Positions 12,140-25,293 of a stretch of 64,000 nt of DNA are shown one piece after another. This stretch comes from Octopus bimaculoides. Lineage: Eukaryota. The translations under genes were made by a program, and so were the position numbers. Location: contig NC_068986.1 of NCBI RefSeq assembly GCF_001194135.2, forward strand, positions 66,622,136 through 66,686,135, given 5' to 3'. A model generated the notes under the pieces. The model was not told the DNA's origin, searched no databases, and saw only the letters and a program-made list of their open reading frames with translations. The first letter of the stretch is position 1, and every line of letters begins with the position of its first letter.

Positions 12140-12230
12140 ACATACATATATACATACACACATACACACACACACGCACGCACATACATGCATACATACA
12201 TACATGCATACACACACACGAATACATACA

Positions 12231-12264
<34 letters not shown>

Positions 12265-12418
12265 GAAACATATGCACAGACAGACATTTCATTGGTTGAC
12301 ACATATACGTACATATATGCACATTTTTTAATTATATTTTTTAAAAATATTTCTCATAAACCTTTAAAATTATTAATCACGACCTTATCTATAAAATGCG
12401 AACTGGGACACCTACGCT

Positions 12419-12459
<41 letters not shown>

Positions 12460-12671
12460 AAACACACACACACACATACACACACACACACACACACGGT
12501 CACTCACACATACGCACATATATACGTAAATGTGTATATTATATATATATATATATATATATGCACATATATATATGGGTGTGTGATTGTGTGGATACAT
12601 ATATATGTATGTATATATATAAATGAGTATACATACAAATATATATGTATACATATATATACATATATATA

Positions 12672-12716
<45 letters not shown>

Positions 12717-12850
12717 GCCCGTACATTGATGCATATATCACTTTCCTCGTTAACATCGATCATCTATTCGAATACACACAAACTCACACACACGCATACA
12801 TACACGCACATACACACACACGTACACACACAGAAACACGTATATTTACC
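12140..12850. repeat. Compound CATA/CA/TA microsatellite field
   Basis: Directly visible; source of many spurious ORFs. Confidence 0.95.
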
Positions 12851-13264
12851 ATCCCACCCTCACACATAAGCAGAAGATCATTGAGCATTATTGTACAGGA
12901 AGTAATTTGCAGGAATTCTATGAAGACATTTATTTACAGGTCAATACTATTCCTGACAATGCAGTCTTTTTTTTTTCCAATTTCTTTTGTTTGGAAACGG
13001 TAAGTAGGTGAAATGTTGGGTGGAAAGTGAAGAAATTAGGAAGAGAAAAGAAAATAGCTATAAAAGTCAAATATAAAATCTAGTAAAGAATTTGTAAAGA
13101 AGAGAAGAGCCAACGAAGCAGGATTTGCGGAGCATTAGCAGCGTCGCAGTAGTTCTTGATGTCCGAGAGCTTATGGTTCGTGTTTCGAGTCCACTAATTT
13201 TCTCCCACTTTCTGGAATAATTAATTTTTCAAAAATTCTTTTCTTACTGGTCATGTGGGTAAAT

Positions 13265-13403
13265 AGTTTGCTTCGTAATCACGTAGTTTCAAATTCGCTC
13301 CTGCTGTACGATATTCTGGGCTTCTACCTTCTGTCATATCTTCAGTTACACCCACTCACTGTGAATTAAATTTGCTAACACGGAAACTGTGTGAAAGCCT
13401 GTC

Positions 13404-13445
<42 letters not shown>

Positions 13446-13820
13446 NNNNNNNNNNNNNNNNNNNNNNNNNNNNNNNNNNNNNNNNNNNNNNNNNNNNNNN
13501 NNNNNNNNNNNNNNNNNNNNNNNNNNNNNNNNNNNNNNNNNNNNNNNNNNNNNNNNNNNNNNNNNNNNNNNNNNNNNNNNNNNNNNNNNNNNNNNNNNNN
13601 NNNNNNNNTATATATATGATACACACACACACACACACTCATATATATATCATATGTACCACACAGCCATGCATGCGTCCATAGCCACGCTGGTGACTAT
13701 AGCTTTAAAGATAAGTAAGTACCGGGGTGAATTTGTTTGATCAAAATCCCTCAAAGTGTTGTTCCAGCATGCGCGCAGTCCAATGATTGAAGCAAGTAAA
13801 AGGCAAAAGATAAAAGATAA
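13265..13820 (+). mobile_element. Composite SINE family A with internal TA/CA tract and gap
   Basis: Head ends GGAAACTGTGTGAAAGCCTGTCGTA at ~13406; microsatellite and Ns follow; tail TTCCAGCATGCGCGCAGTCCAATGATTGAAGCAAGTAAAAGGCAAAAGATAAAAGA. Confidence 0.7.
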
Positions 13821-14189
13821 GTAATCTGGTAGATCATTTCTCGTAGACACTGATATATTTAGACTATGAGTCCTCAGATTGGTTGCTACAATCATGCCGT
13901 TTCGGCTATTGTTCCTTCGATCTTCACTTGCCTATAGAATTCAGTAACTTTCTCGGAATTTCAGAAATACCTCTTTATTACTTGCACGAGGATAGATTGT
14001 TCTCATTCTGAAATTAGGTCATCAGCTTTAATGCTAAATTCTTGTATATATATATATATTTCATACAGAAGCCATCCTAGGGAAATTCATTCAAGTCACC
14101 ATGTTAAGTTGCCTATTCTGAATATTTAAATTTCACTAAAAAATTTATATTTATTCTCAAACATTCTGGTTTGGTAAATATTCTTTTTT

Positions 14190-14410
14190 ACTCTAGGCAC
14201 AAGGCACAAGGCCCGAAATTTTTTTCTTGAGGGGCGGGGGCAGTCGATTAGATCGCCCTCAGTACGCAACTGGTACTTAAATTTATCGACCCCGAAAGGA
14301 TGAAAGGCAAAGTCGACCACTGCGAAATTTGAACACAGAACATAAAGGCAGATGAAATACCGCTAAACATTTCGCCCGGCGTGCTAACGTTTCTGCCAGC
14401 TCGCCTCCTT
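14190..14410 (-). mobile_element. SINE family B
   Basis: Reverse complement reads AAGGAGGCGAGCTGGCAGAAACGTTAGCACGCCGGGCGAAATG...CTTTCATCCTTTCGGGGTCGATAAATT. Confidence 0.9.
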
Positions 14411-14634
14411 TGAGATTTGGTAAATATTAGTCACTGAAGAGACTTAATAAGAGCGAAACATTCCAGGAATTACTTCACTACCAAAGATCAGACTTACTCT
14501 CCATTGCATGCCTCAACATTTAAAATTTACTTGGGTTTCAAAGTTAGCCGCCCTCAGTAAGATTTAATTACTAAAGCTAATTATTTTTCTGCTCCTTACC
14601 TGTGTAATATTAATGCATTTTTCACTCAAAAGGC

Positions 14635-14745
14635 ACCGGTCGGCTCGACAACACTTGCCCAAGCTGACGCGCAATGGGACTGAACTCTAAACCACATAAC
14701 TATTAAGTGAACTTCTTAACCACACAGGCATGCCTGCGCCTATAA
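14635..14745 (-). mobile_element. SINE family A head
   Basis: TATAGGCGCAGGCATGCCTGTGTGGTTAAGAAG...GAGTTCAGTCCCATTGCG on minus. Confidence 0.7.
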
Positions 14746-14778
14746 AGGTATCATCTATCAGCCACACAGACACGCACA

Positions 14779-14821
<43 letters not shown>

Positions 14822-14850
14822 ATGTATGTATATATGTGTATCTGTATATA

Positions 14851-14904
<54 letters not shown>

Positions 14905-14908
<4 letters not shown>

Positions 14909-15270
14909 GTATTTTCTTCAATTGTGAGACCACTCCTACTTTCGTCTCTTCCGAGATGTATTCTTTTGATGTCAGCCTGCAGATACATGCTTACTATAAG
15001 ATTCTAGATAGTTCTTTAGTATTTCGTAAGATAAATTTCTTTCAATATCATATTAGAGCAGCAGACAGCTGCAATTGCAGAAACATTTGATGCACTTAGT
15101 ATTAAGTTGATTGCCCCTCTTTCATTCTGTGTATTTATACGACTGATCTGGAATGATTCCTTCTGGACACTCTGCCATTTTTTTGATCTTTATTGTGTTA
15201 CTTTGAAATACATCGAGCTATTTATAGCATTTCTTCATGATTTAAAGATCCTATCGTCTGTCATGGCTGG
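14905..15270 (-). mobile_element. Dong/R4-like LINE fragment (post-RT region)
   Basis: Translation YK*LDVFQSNTIK...QADIKRIHLGRDESRSGL resembles YKYLG..Q and HP.AD..RLY..R..GGRGL; 5' edge abuts the (TAA)n tract at 15277. Confidence 0.65.
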
Positions 15271-15273
15271 GAC

Positions 15274-15276
<3 letters not shown>

Positions 15277-15346
<70 letters not shown>

Positions 15347-15355
15347 TACTATTAC

Positions 15356-15425
<70 letters not shown>

Positions 15426-15438
15426 GTTATTATTATTA
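15277..15438. repeat. (TTA)n microsatellite
   Basis: Directly visible. Confidence 0.97.
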
Positions 15439-15439
15439 A

Positions 15440-16265
15440 ACGAGGCGAGCTGGCAAAAACGTTAGCATGCCGGGCGAAGTGCTTAGCGGNNNNNNNNNNN
15501 NNNNNNNNNNNNNNNNNNNNNNNNNNNNNNNNNNNNNNNNNNNNNNNNNNNNNNNNNNNNNNNNNNNNNNNNNNNNNNNNNNNNNNNNNNNNNNNNNNNN
15601 NNNNNNNNNNNNNNNNNNNNNNNNNNNNNNNNNTTATTATTTATTTATTCATTCATTTATTTTTTTGAATAAAAGCAGTGAACTTGTTAGCACGCCAGGC
15701 GAAATGCTTAGCAGCGTTTTGTCCGTCTTCCCGTTTTGAGTTCACATCCCGCCGAGGACCAGATTGCCTTTCATCTCTTCGGAGTTCGATAAAATAGGTA
15801 GCAGTTGAAAACTGGGTCTGATGTCATCGACTTATCCCTACCCCCGAAATTACTGGCCTCGTGCCAAAATTTGAAACCAGTTTTTATTTTTATTATTATA
15901 AAGGCAGTGAGCTGGCAGAATCGTTAGCACGCCGGGCGAAATTCTTAGCGGCATTTCGTCTCTTTTTACGGTCTCAGTTCAAATTTCGCCGAGGTCGACG
16001 TTACCTTTCGTCCTTTTGGAGGTCAATAAAATAAGTATCGGTTGGTCACTGGAGTTGATGTAATCGACTTAACCCGTTGCACAAATTTCAGTCCCTGTAC
16101 CTACAGTAGAAAGGATTATCATTATTTTACGTTCTGAGTTCAAATTCACTGATGTTAACTTTGACTTCCATCATTTCGAGGCCGATAAAATAAATACCAG
16201 TTGATCACTGGGGTTGATATAATCGACTGATGCACTCCCCCGACATTACTGGCCTTGTGCCGAAA
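15440..16265 (+). mobile_element. Tandem stack of four SINE family B copies or fragments
   Basis: Heads at ~15440, ~15672 and ~15901 and a truncated copy at ~16126, each preceded by TTA/ATT-rich sequence. Confidence 0.85.
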
Positions 16266-16269
16266 TTAT

Positions 16270-18141
16270 TATTATTGTTATTTTCATTATCATCTTTCAA
16301 TACTGTTTCCATTTCTTGCTGAGTGTCTTCCTGACACCTAGAGCAGAAAAACGTACTGTATACATTGGTAGGCCATTAAAATAAGCATACCAGAGTGTTA
16401 ATTTATACAGCCATGTGATAGAAAAAAAGGAGAAGAAAGACAGACAGAAAAAGGAAAATATAAAAAATAAAAAAGTAAACAGATACTGAGAAGAGCTGTG
16501 AATTCTCTTTCCCAATCCCCTTTATTTTTGAAGGGAAAATGGGAAAGAAAATTCAGTGACAATGCTCTTCTCAGTACGTGTGACGTACCAGTTAAGACAA
16601 TCTTTTGCACTTCTTGCATGGATAGTAAGCCAGGGATCATTCTTAAATAAAGTTCCGTTCCTGTTTTGATCATTCCAAGCGCTCTTACAATCACTGGTAT
16701 TGTAACTGTCTTGAGATGCCATATTTTTTCGATTTTGTTTAGCAAATCTTTATATTTTCTAAGCTTAAATTCTTTTGTCGAGATATTATTATCACAAGGT
16801 ATGCTCGTCTTTCACAACAATATCTGATTTATTAGCTTTGATCGTCCGGTCTGAACATATTGGGAAGTCCCAAAGAATCGTTAAATTTTCTTCCTCAGTT
16901 ACAGCCTCAGGGTAGTGCTTGTACAATTTGTCAGCAGTTTTAATTTTATAATGCAGACACATTATCCAATGTAGATATTGGCCAACTCTGTCATATCTTG
17001 ATTTGTTCTCTACAAGTGCGAAAACCTTACATCCTGAGATTAGGTGGTCTACTGTTTCAATCCCATCGTTGCAGTATCAGCACTTTGAGTCTACACCATT
17101 TTTCATCATATTGGCTTGATGGTTCCGGGTCAATAAGCTCTGATCTTGAGCAGCCAAGTTAAAGCCTTCACTCTCTGCATTTAGCCCTGAGCTCTGTACC
17201 CACTGATGGTCTGCCTCAGATTGTTTTCTACGGGCCACATATTTGCTATGTAGAGGTTTTTATTCCTACCTATCAGTCAATTGCTGAAACGCATTTTGCT
17301 TTGCTATTGATTTCACCTTCTTTGCAACTAAAGTTGCCGCACTCCCATTCATGCTGTTCAACCTGGGTATTATGCATAAACTCACTTGAACGTTTTTTGA
17401 TCTCCTTCATAACAGAATGAAGCTTCTTAATCTTTCGTGGCTTTCAACGAGCTTTAGCATCCAGTCGTTTGATGCTTCCAGATATTTTGCTAGTCCAATT
17501 GTGGTAGTTTTGTAAGAGATTTCAAATTGGACCAAGCCTCGACCTCCTTGAGCTCTGGGTAGGTAAAGGAGATCTGCGTCTACCTTTGGGTGGTGCATCT
17601 TATTGCAAGTCATCAGCTTATGGATTTTCCTGTCAATCCTCCTGATTTCGCTCATATTCCAGTTCAACACATTGAAACTGAATATAACAACCGGAACTAC
17701 GTGCATTTAACTCGGATTTTAGGACTGCTTGAGCCTTCCTGTAACATTCCTTCCTGATCTTCTCTTTGGTGCTTGCCTGCTGAATGCCAGAGCTCTCGTT
17801 TATTCCGAGGTATTTGTAAGTTTGTTTCTGCTCGAATTCTTTTGTGACACCACTGTATGTGACGTTTTCAATTTCCCTTTCTGGAAAGTGGCTTTGGCAC
17901 ATTTATCAAGACCAAATTCTGTCTCGATGTCATCACTGAATGCTTTGACAGTACGTAGTAGTCCTTCAAGCTCATTATTGTCTTTGTAATCTATATAATC
18001 TATATAAAATAGATGACATATCTTATTGTCGCCAATTTTATATCCATATCCTGTTCGGTTAATTTCACTTGTAAGGGATATTAGGGCTATGCAAAAAATT
18101 AAAGGTAAAAGTGACTCACCTTGGAAAGTGCCGCAGTTGAT

Positions 18142-18145
<4 letters not shown>
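16270..18145 (-). mobile_element. Dong/R4-like LINE, 5'-truncated (RT end to restriction-like endonuclease)
   Basis: CGTFQGESLLPLIFCIAL, HLFYID, FGLDKCAK, YKYLGINE, MHHPKVDADLLYLPRAQGGRGL and IWHLKTVTIPVIVRALGMIK, with frameshifts. Confidence 0.9.
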
Positions 18146-18206
<61 letters not shown>

Positions 18207-18245
18207 CATTATTATTATTATCATTATTATTATTATTATTTAGTG
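18146..18245. repeat. (TTA)n tract between two Dong/R4 copies
   Basis: Directly visible. Confidence 0.97.
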
Positions 18246-19670
18246 GTATTATTTTTATCACAGCTGTGGTTTGTTGTGATGTTCTTATTTTTACTGTATT
18301 GAAAGTGTTTTACGTAGGATTTATGCGGTGCCTACTAGTGCTATTTTCTTTATGTTATGTTCTGGTGTTTTTGTTATGTATTTATCTGAATATTTCTTTA
18401 TCATACCTAATGCGCCTACTACGATAGGAATATTTTCTGTTTTTAGACTCCACATTCGAGTTACCCCTATTTCCATATCTTTGTATTTTAAAAGTTTCTG
18501 TTTCTTTTAGAGAAACATTGCCATCTATTGGTATTGATACACCGATTAGAAAGCATTGTTTTCTTGGTAATCTCTGACAACTATACCCGACCTTTGGCTT
18601 TAAATTCTCTATCTGTGTGTATTGGCATATCCCAGAGTATGGTTGCTTTCTCGTTTTCTGTGACCTTTTCTGGCGTGTGCCTATACCATCTTTTTTCTGT
18701 TGTTATTCTATAGTGCTGGCACAGTTTCCAGTGTATATAGGTCCCAACTCTGTCGTTTCTGTGAATATATTCCTTCTTAGCCAGGACCAGGTAGCCAGCG
18801 ACAATATGATTTATTATTTCTTCTCCATCAACACATATTCTGTAGTTACTTTTATTTCTTTTCATTACAGGTTTTGGTAATTTCTGGTGGGAAGGCTTTG
18901 ATCTTGTGCTGCAATTAAAAATCTTTCAGTCTCAGCTTTGAGTCCTGAGCTTTTCTGTCATTGTTGGGATTTTGCTTTGTCTATTTCTTTTCTGTTTAGT
19001 TTAATCCAGTATTTGCCATGAAAGGGCTTTTCTTGCCATCGTTTTATCATGATCGTTGCTGTTCCAGTTTTAGTTTGGATTTCAGTTGTTTTACAGCTTT
19101 CGTTTTTCTTCTTTTTCTTCATAGTTGTTAGGTACTATGACTTTCTTGTTTTGTATTTGTCAGCTTCTTTAAAGACTGAAAACAGTTATTTGTTTTGTTC
19201 ATATTTTGTGGCTATTTGTATTAGTTTTCCTTACTTCTAAAGTAGTTATTTCTGCAGTCCTATGGTGGTTATTTTGTAATAGTTTTCTAGCTGTATAAGG
19301 CATCTACCACCTTCGATACGTTGTAAATATAACTTTTCTATGTCAGATTTTGGATGGTGCATCTTAAATCCTGTCATTATTTTTCTTGTTTTCCAATCTA
19401 TTTTGATTAGTTTATTTAGAGTCCAGTTAAGAATATTGTAGTTGTAACTTATTACTGGGATGGCTAGAGTGTTGATACCTATTATCTTGTTTTTCCCATC
19501 GAGCGCTGTTTTCATTATTAATCTAACTCGTCTATAGTATTCTTTTCTCATCTCCTCTTTCATTTGTGTGTTGTATCATATCTAGTTCATTGATTCCTAA
19601 GTATTTGTATGTTTGGCTTTGTTCTAATTCTCTTTTACCAGAGAATTAAACATGAAATTTAGCTTAGAAA
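18246..19670 (-). mobile_element. Dong/R4-like LINE, 5'-truncated
   Basis: RKEYYRRVRLIMK..MHHPKSDIEKLYLQRIEGGR; degenerate CCHC knuckle (RIC..GEE.INHIVAG); ILWDMPIHTDRE endonuclease region; MWSLKT..IPIVVGALG. Confidence 0.9.
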
Positions 19671-19671
19671 A

Positions 19672-19675
<4 letters not shown>

Positions 19676-19751
<76 letters not shown>

Positions 19752-19762
19752 CATTATTATTG
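19676..19762. repeat. (TTA)n microsatellite
   Basis: Directly visible. Confidence 0.97.
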
Positions 19763-19935
19763 AGTGAGAGAGCAGTTCATGCCATCAAAGTAACACTGAG
19801 TTCAGATGTTGCCGGAGTCGATTTTGCTTTTCATCCATTCGGGGTCGATAAGGTGAGCTCCAGTTGAGCACTGGTTTTGATGTAATCGACTAACCTCCTC
19901 CCCACAAATTTCGGCCACTGTATCTATAGCAGCAA
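19763..19935 (+). mobile_element. SINE family B variant
   Basis: GAGTTCAGATGTTGCCGGAGTCGATTTTGCTTTTCATCCATTCGGGGTCGATAA. Confidence 0.75.
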
Positions 19936-19944
19936 GGATTATTA

Positions 19945-20775
19945 TGCTATTACAGCGGAAATGTTATCATGAGTTTTGGTGGAAATACGTCTCCTCAAAT
20001 GTCAAGTATTTTTATAGGATTCTTGCTGAATACAGGATAATAATTTTATGCAAGTGTATTATGCGAATTTCAATTCCATTATCTTTCAGTTTTTTTGGCA
20101 ACATTTTAGGTGTTGTGCCAAATGTACCTATTATTACAGGAAAACTTGTTTTAGTCTTCCACAGTCTCTTCAGTTCTCTGGCTGGGTCCTGACACTTGTC
20201 AATGTTTTCAATTTCTTTCATATCATAGAGATTGCAAAGTCTCTGGTACGTGTTCATACTGCTTTTCTGTTGTTTCGAAACCTCACACTTGGTTAACATT
20301 CTAATGAGAAGTCATGCTGGCGCTTATACTCTTTCTGCGACAGCATACGTCATTCATTCAAGAGATGATTCATACATTTGTCCCCTTTTCTGCAGATTCT
20401 GCGTTGACTGTCTGACAGTTTTGTCCTAATGGCTTGTTCCTGAGCGACCACATTTAGCGCTTCTGTCTCTCGTTTCAGATTTCCTTCCAACAGCCACAAC
20501 CTTTTTTACTTCCAGCATTCTCAGTTTGTGCATGAATTGGCTATGTAATGCCATTTCTTTACGTCTCCTTGTTCTGTTGTTCTTCCTCCTGTTCATGAAG
20601 TCTTCTACTGCTTCAGTAACACTTTGGGCATACCTACCTGCTGATTGTATTCTTTCTTCTTCTCCCACAACATAATTTCCCAACCCCAGTATCGCAGTAC
20701 TAACGGTATCTTTTGCTTTTATTAATCTTATGCCTCCTTCCTTTCTTGATAGGTAGAGTCTGTTGCTATTTCTTT
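19945..20775 (-). mobile_element. Dong/R4-like LINE 3' portion (different subfamily)
   Basis: RLYLSRKEGGIRLI and ARELKRLWKTKTSFPVIIGTFGTTPK. Confidence 0.8.
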
Positions 20776-21282
20776 ACGGGTGGTGCGAGATGAAGAGAAG
20801 AATGAAGAGTTGAAGCAAAACTAACATATATGGCTTCAACTGAAGGATATGGATAAAAGACAGTTAATGCATTTAGTGACGAGTTTAAATGAAAGAAATA
20901 TTGGGCAAAATGTTTAGTAAGTTTCAACGACAGTCACTGGGAGATGGTTCTTGTGTCCAACGTCGTGGATTGAACTAGATAGGAGACAAATCACTCTCCT
21001 GGATAGGATGTCAATCTTTCCTAAACAACATTTCCTTGCAGTCTGGTATTCCCAACATCCCAGTGAACTGAAGTAGAATAAAGTGTATATTAGTAACAAA
21101 AGGCAATCTTTAATCTGACTTGACGTGAATTAGAACAAAAAGGCAATCTTTAATCCAACTTTCGTCGGTAATAATATATTTTTGATAAGTCTACTGGTTA
21201 TTTGGGACATCATTAACTGAAAAGATGCGGATATTCTATAAATCTCGACAGCGAGATTTGGCTGGTATGCGGTCACTGGACG

Positions 21283-21330
21283 CCACTCACTGATGAGGTT
21301 CCGTAGACCGAAATCACGTGATATGGGAGT
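21283..21330 (+). ncRNA. Minimal type-I hammerhead ribozyme (PLE-type)
   Basis: CTGATGA at 21290-21296; helix II GGTT-CCGTA-GACC; GAAA at 21310-21313; palindromic helix III ATCACGTGAT; cleavage triplet AUA ending 21323; helix I from (CC)ACTCA pairing with TGGGAGT. Confidence 0.75.
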
Positions 21331-21479
21331 TCCGGCGCTCATAACAGGCAATTCTCGTCTGCTACAATTTAAGTGTGCGGTTTTATGCATCAAGTGCGGA
21401 TACGTCTCAAAGTTAATAACACAATATTCGGCGTTCTAACATGGCACCACGTTAAGTTAGATTATATATATGTAGCATA

Positions 21480-22230
21480 AACTACATTGAACCAAATACA
21501 AAGAGACCAAGAAGACGCAGACGGAGGAAAATCTTATGGTTTGACCCACTTTATAGCATGAATGTAACCACTAACATAGCTTGGAAATTTAAAAACTTAA
21601 TAGACAATCACTACCCACATTGACATAAATGCCACAAGAATTTCAACAGAAACACTGTTAAAGTTAGCTATAGTTGCCTCCCCAATATAGGGTCAAAAAT
21701 ATTCAATCACAATGAAAATAAACACATCAGAGATACCTTCGAAAGACAATGCAACTTCAAATCTCCAGACCGCTGCCCCCTAAACAATAACCGTCTCTAT
21801 AAAGAACTTATACACAAGCCCAAGACCACGGATCCCAACGGAGTAGCAAAGACGCATATCGGAATGATTGGCAACTCGTTCAAAAAAAGGTACACACAAC
21901 CCTGGTGTCATTCAGAGACAAAAATTAAACAAAAAACACACGCAACATCCCTATCCAATATGAAATGGAGATTGAGTGAAGGTAGGATAAATAACCCCCG
22001 GATAAAATGGAACAACATTGCTAAAGCCGGAAAATGCAGAGACGAAGTACCAAATGTGAACTCTGTATCACTGAAAAACTAAATATCATACAATCAACAC
22101 TTAAAAATCCTAAATATTAGGAATGAAATCTTCTCTCCCTGCATGCACAAGCAATATTTCAAATTTGAATACTCCAAAGAGGAACCACCACTTGTGCCGC
22201 TAATGCCACAAGGATGCCCCCTTTCCTGAA
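21480..22230 (+). mobile_element. Penelope-like element, thumb + GIY-YIG remnant
   Basis: RRRKILWFDPLYSMNVTTNIAWKF..NRNTVKVSYSCLPNI, then C..CP, IGM.GNSFKKRY and C..C..EKL..I. Confidence 0.85.
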
Positions 22231-23619
22231 CGTGAAATTTGAATATAGATAGCACACAAACTCTACATACAGAAGAAATATGCTCTCATGATGAATTATC
22301 TCAGCACACAAGCATACTAAACTTCGCACACACCCAGAATATTTAAGATAATGCCAACAAATTTACCATCCGACACGACTGTTTGCCCAAAACTCAAACC
22401 CAAGGGAGATAACCATTCAAACGATGTAATCTAAGAGTAGCACACTTGATTTATTGTTTTCTTTACGAGAATCTCCGCGAACTCAACGAGACTTTGTGTT
22501 TATCCAAAATGGAAATCAAAACCATTTCTCCATGTGATGGGCTTGAAAAATTGTTAAGATATTAAGATATCTTCCTATTTTTCTTAACATGAAGCCAATG
22601 GTAGCCTTAATTTACAAATAAAGAAACTTTATCCACANNNNNNNNNNNNNNNNNNNNNNNNNNNNNNNNNNNNNNNNNNNNNNNNNNNNNNNNNNNNNNN
22701 NNNNNNNNNNNNNNNNNNNNNNNNNNNNNNNNNNNNNNNNNNNNNNNNNNNNNNNNNNNNNNNNNNNNNNNNNNNNNNNNNNNNNNNNNNNNNNNNNNNN
22801 NNNNNNNNNNNNNNNNNNNNNNNNNNNNNNNNNNNNNNNNNNNNNNNNNNNNNNNNNNNNNNNNNNNNNNNNNNNNNNNNNNNNNNNNNNNNNNNNATCT
22901 ATATACATCACCACCCTAAGACACACAAACACACGGATTTATTTCTGTATATGAATATATGTCTAGGTACATTTGTATGCATGCGTATATGTAAAGGTAT
23001 ACATGTATGTATTCACAATCATTTTATGTTCACAATTGCTTTATGCAGTAATAATATGTGATATCATCAAGTATCAATGCGACATGCATATAAACATTTC
23101 TGCTTCACTGTGTCGGAATATAGATAGACATTGTACTGTACCTGCTGTAGTGGAACAGGGCGTAGGTGAACAACGAAAGAACTTTTAATATTTAGTTATA
23201 CATTATACTGTTACAAAGAAAAGCATTGGGGAATATGTGTGTGTTTCTGATTTCTATCATCACTGTACCATGTTGCAATTGTTTCCCTTATACATCATTT
23301 CTTATAGATGAAAATTAAACCGAATCTGCGTAGCATATATATTAATGCGAGAGTGAAACATTGGGATTCGAATTCGATCAGAAACCAAGAATTAAAAGTT
23401 ACTGATCGGAAATACTTGCCGTCATGTTTGTGTTTACTATTGATATAGTGAAAAAGATCGATGCAAAAAAAAAAATAGAAAAAAGGAAAAAAACAAGAAT
23501 ATGATAAAAATGTATACAGGGATGTAGAGTTGTTTGAAGATAGCAATATCTTAATTGCAATGACGAATGGCGTTTGCTCTAATTATGTTAAGTATAGGAA
23601 AGTTGGAATGAAGACTTAA

Positions 23620-23808
23620 AAATTGTGTGTGGTGTTTGTGTGTGAGTGTGTGTGTCTGTGTGTATGCATACAGACACACACACACACACACACACATATG
23701 TATATATGTATATATGTATCAAAGTACACGCACGCACATAATTATATAATAATACGCATATTTATGCATATATATATTCATATCTATATCTATCTCTCTA
23801 TCTATCTA

Positions 23809-23895
<87 letters not shown>

Positions 23896-24064
23896 TGCAT
23901 ATACGTATGTATGTATGAATGTAGATGGTATATATATACACATACATACACATTTCTAATTTCATAACACGTATATAATATATATATACGCATGATATAT
24001 ATAAATTTATGTATATTCACAAACAAAAACACCATCTACATTCATACATACATACGTATATGCA

Positions 24065-24100
<36 letters not shown>

Positions 24101-24265
24101 ATGTGTGTGTGTATATATATATGTACGCATATATATATATATACATACGTATGTATAGGCACACACACACACGTACAAACAGACAGACAGCCACGCGCGC
24201 GCGCACACACATACACGCACGCGCACACACATACACGCACGCGCACACACACGCGCGCGCATGTG
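23620..24265. repeat. Compound TG/CA/TA/CG microsatellite field
   Basis: Directly visible. Confidence 0.9.
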
Positions 24266-24599
24266 CAAGTAGAAAACTGCTTATTTCTCCGTCAGAAAAG
24301 ATAGATGCAGCGAAATCAAATCTGCCACCATAAAACAGAAGCGAAGTGGATGAGACATATTACATATTATACAGCTACAATAAATAAATGTATACATAAA
24401 GAACTGAAAAAAATATTATTTAAGCGAGATGTGAAAAAGATAAGAAATGATATCAAACGTAATCGATTCTATATTGGATGGAGTGTAAGAAAGAGGAAAC
24501 GATTGAGGCAAACAGAGGAACCGATTCTATTTATTAATTAATCTACAGCCTTTCACCCTCTCATTTTGAATCTGTTCTTTAGTCTTTCTTCCAGTGGAG

Positions 24600-24601
24600 T
24601 G

Positions 24602-24646
<45 letters not shown>

Positions 24647-24773
24647 NNNNNNNNNNATATATATATATATATATGTATATATGTATATATATATGTATAT
24701 ACGTATTTCATTTATAAGTGTAATATAAAAAGGGGAACCAAGATAAGTAAGACACCAGAATTTATGAATATGA

Positions 24774-24814
<41 letters not shown>

Positions 24815-24930
24815 AATATATATATATATATATATATATGGCAGACATTCATTCACGCCTGTAAACACAGCGAAGCTATATACAGACGCACGCACATATA
24901 CACGCATATGTGAATGCATATATATTTGTA
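24600..24930. repeat. (TAA)n, (TA)n and (CA)n tracts with gap
   Basis: Directly visible. Confidence 0.9.
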
Positions 24931-25149
24931 TGTATGCACGTTTGTAATGTATCTATGCATATATAAGCATGTGTGTGTGAGTGTGTGTATGAGTGTGTGT
25001 ATGTGTGTACCTATTAAAGAAATATATTTCATATAGACTCCCTGCCACACAAATAACTTCGTGTTTATTATATATCAAACAGCGTACACCATCACACACA
25101 TATAGATTGGCGCACACATACATGCATGTTTATGTATGCGCATGTGTAT

Positions 25150-25160
25150 ATACTACAACT

Positions 25161-25211
<51 letters not shown>

Positions 25212-25212
25212 G

Positions 25213-25250
<38 letters not shown>

Positions 25251-25293
25251 GCTGCTGCTGCTACTGCTGCACTGCCTCTGCTGTCGCTGCTGC
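25150..25293. repeat. Compound (CAA)n(CTA)n(CTG)n trinucleotide repeat before an ~800 bp gap
   Basis: Directly visible. Confidence 0.95.

Noticed and set aside
17729-19240. Hydrophobic plus-strand ORFs (17729, 18026, 18328, 18528, 18617, 19049)
   Set aside because: They are antisense shadows of the A-rich minus-strand Dong/R4 ORFs.
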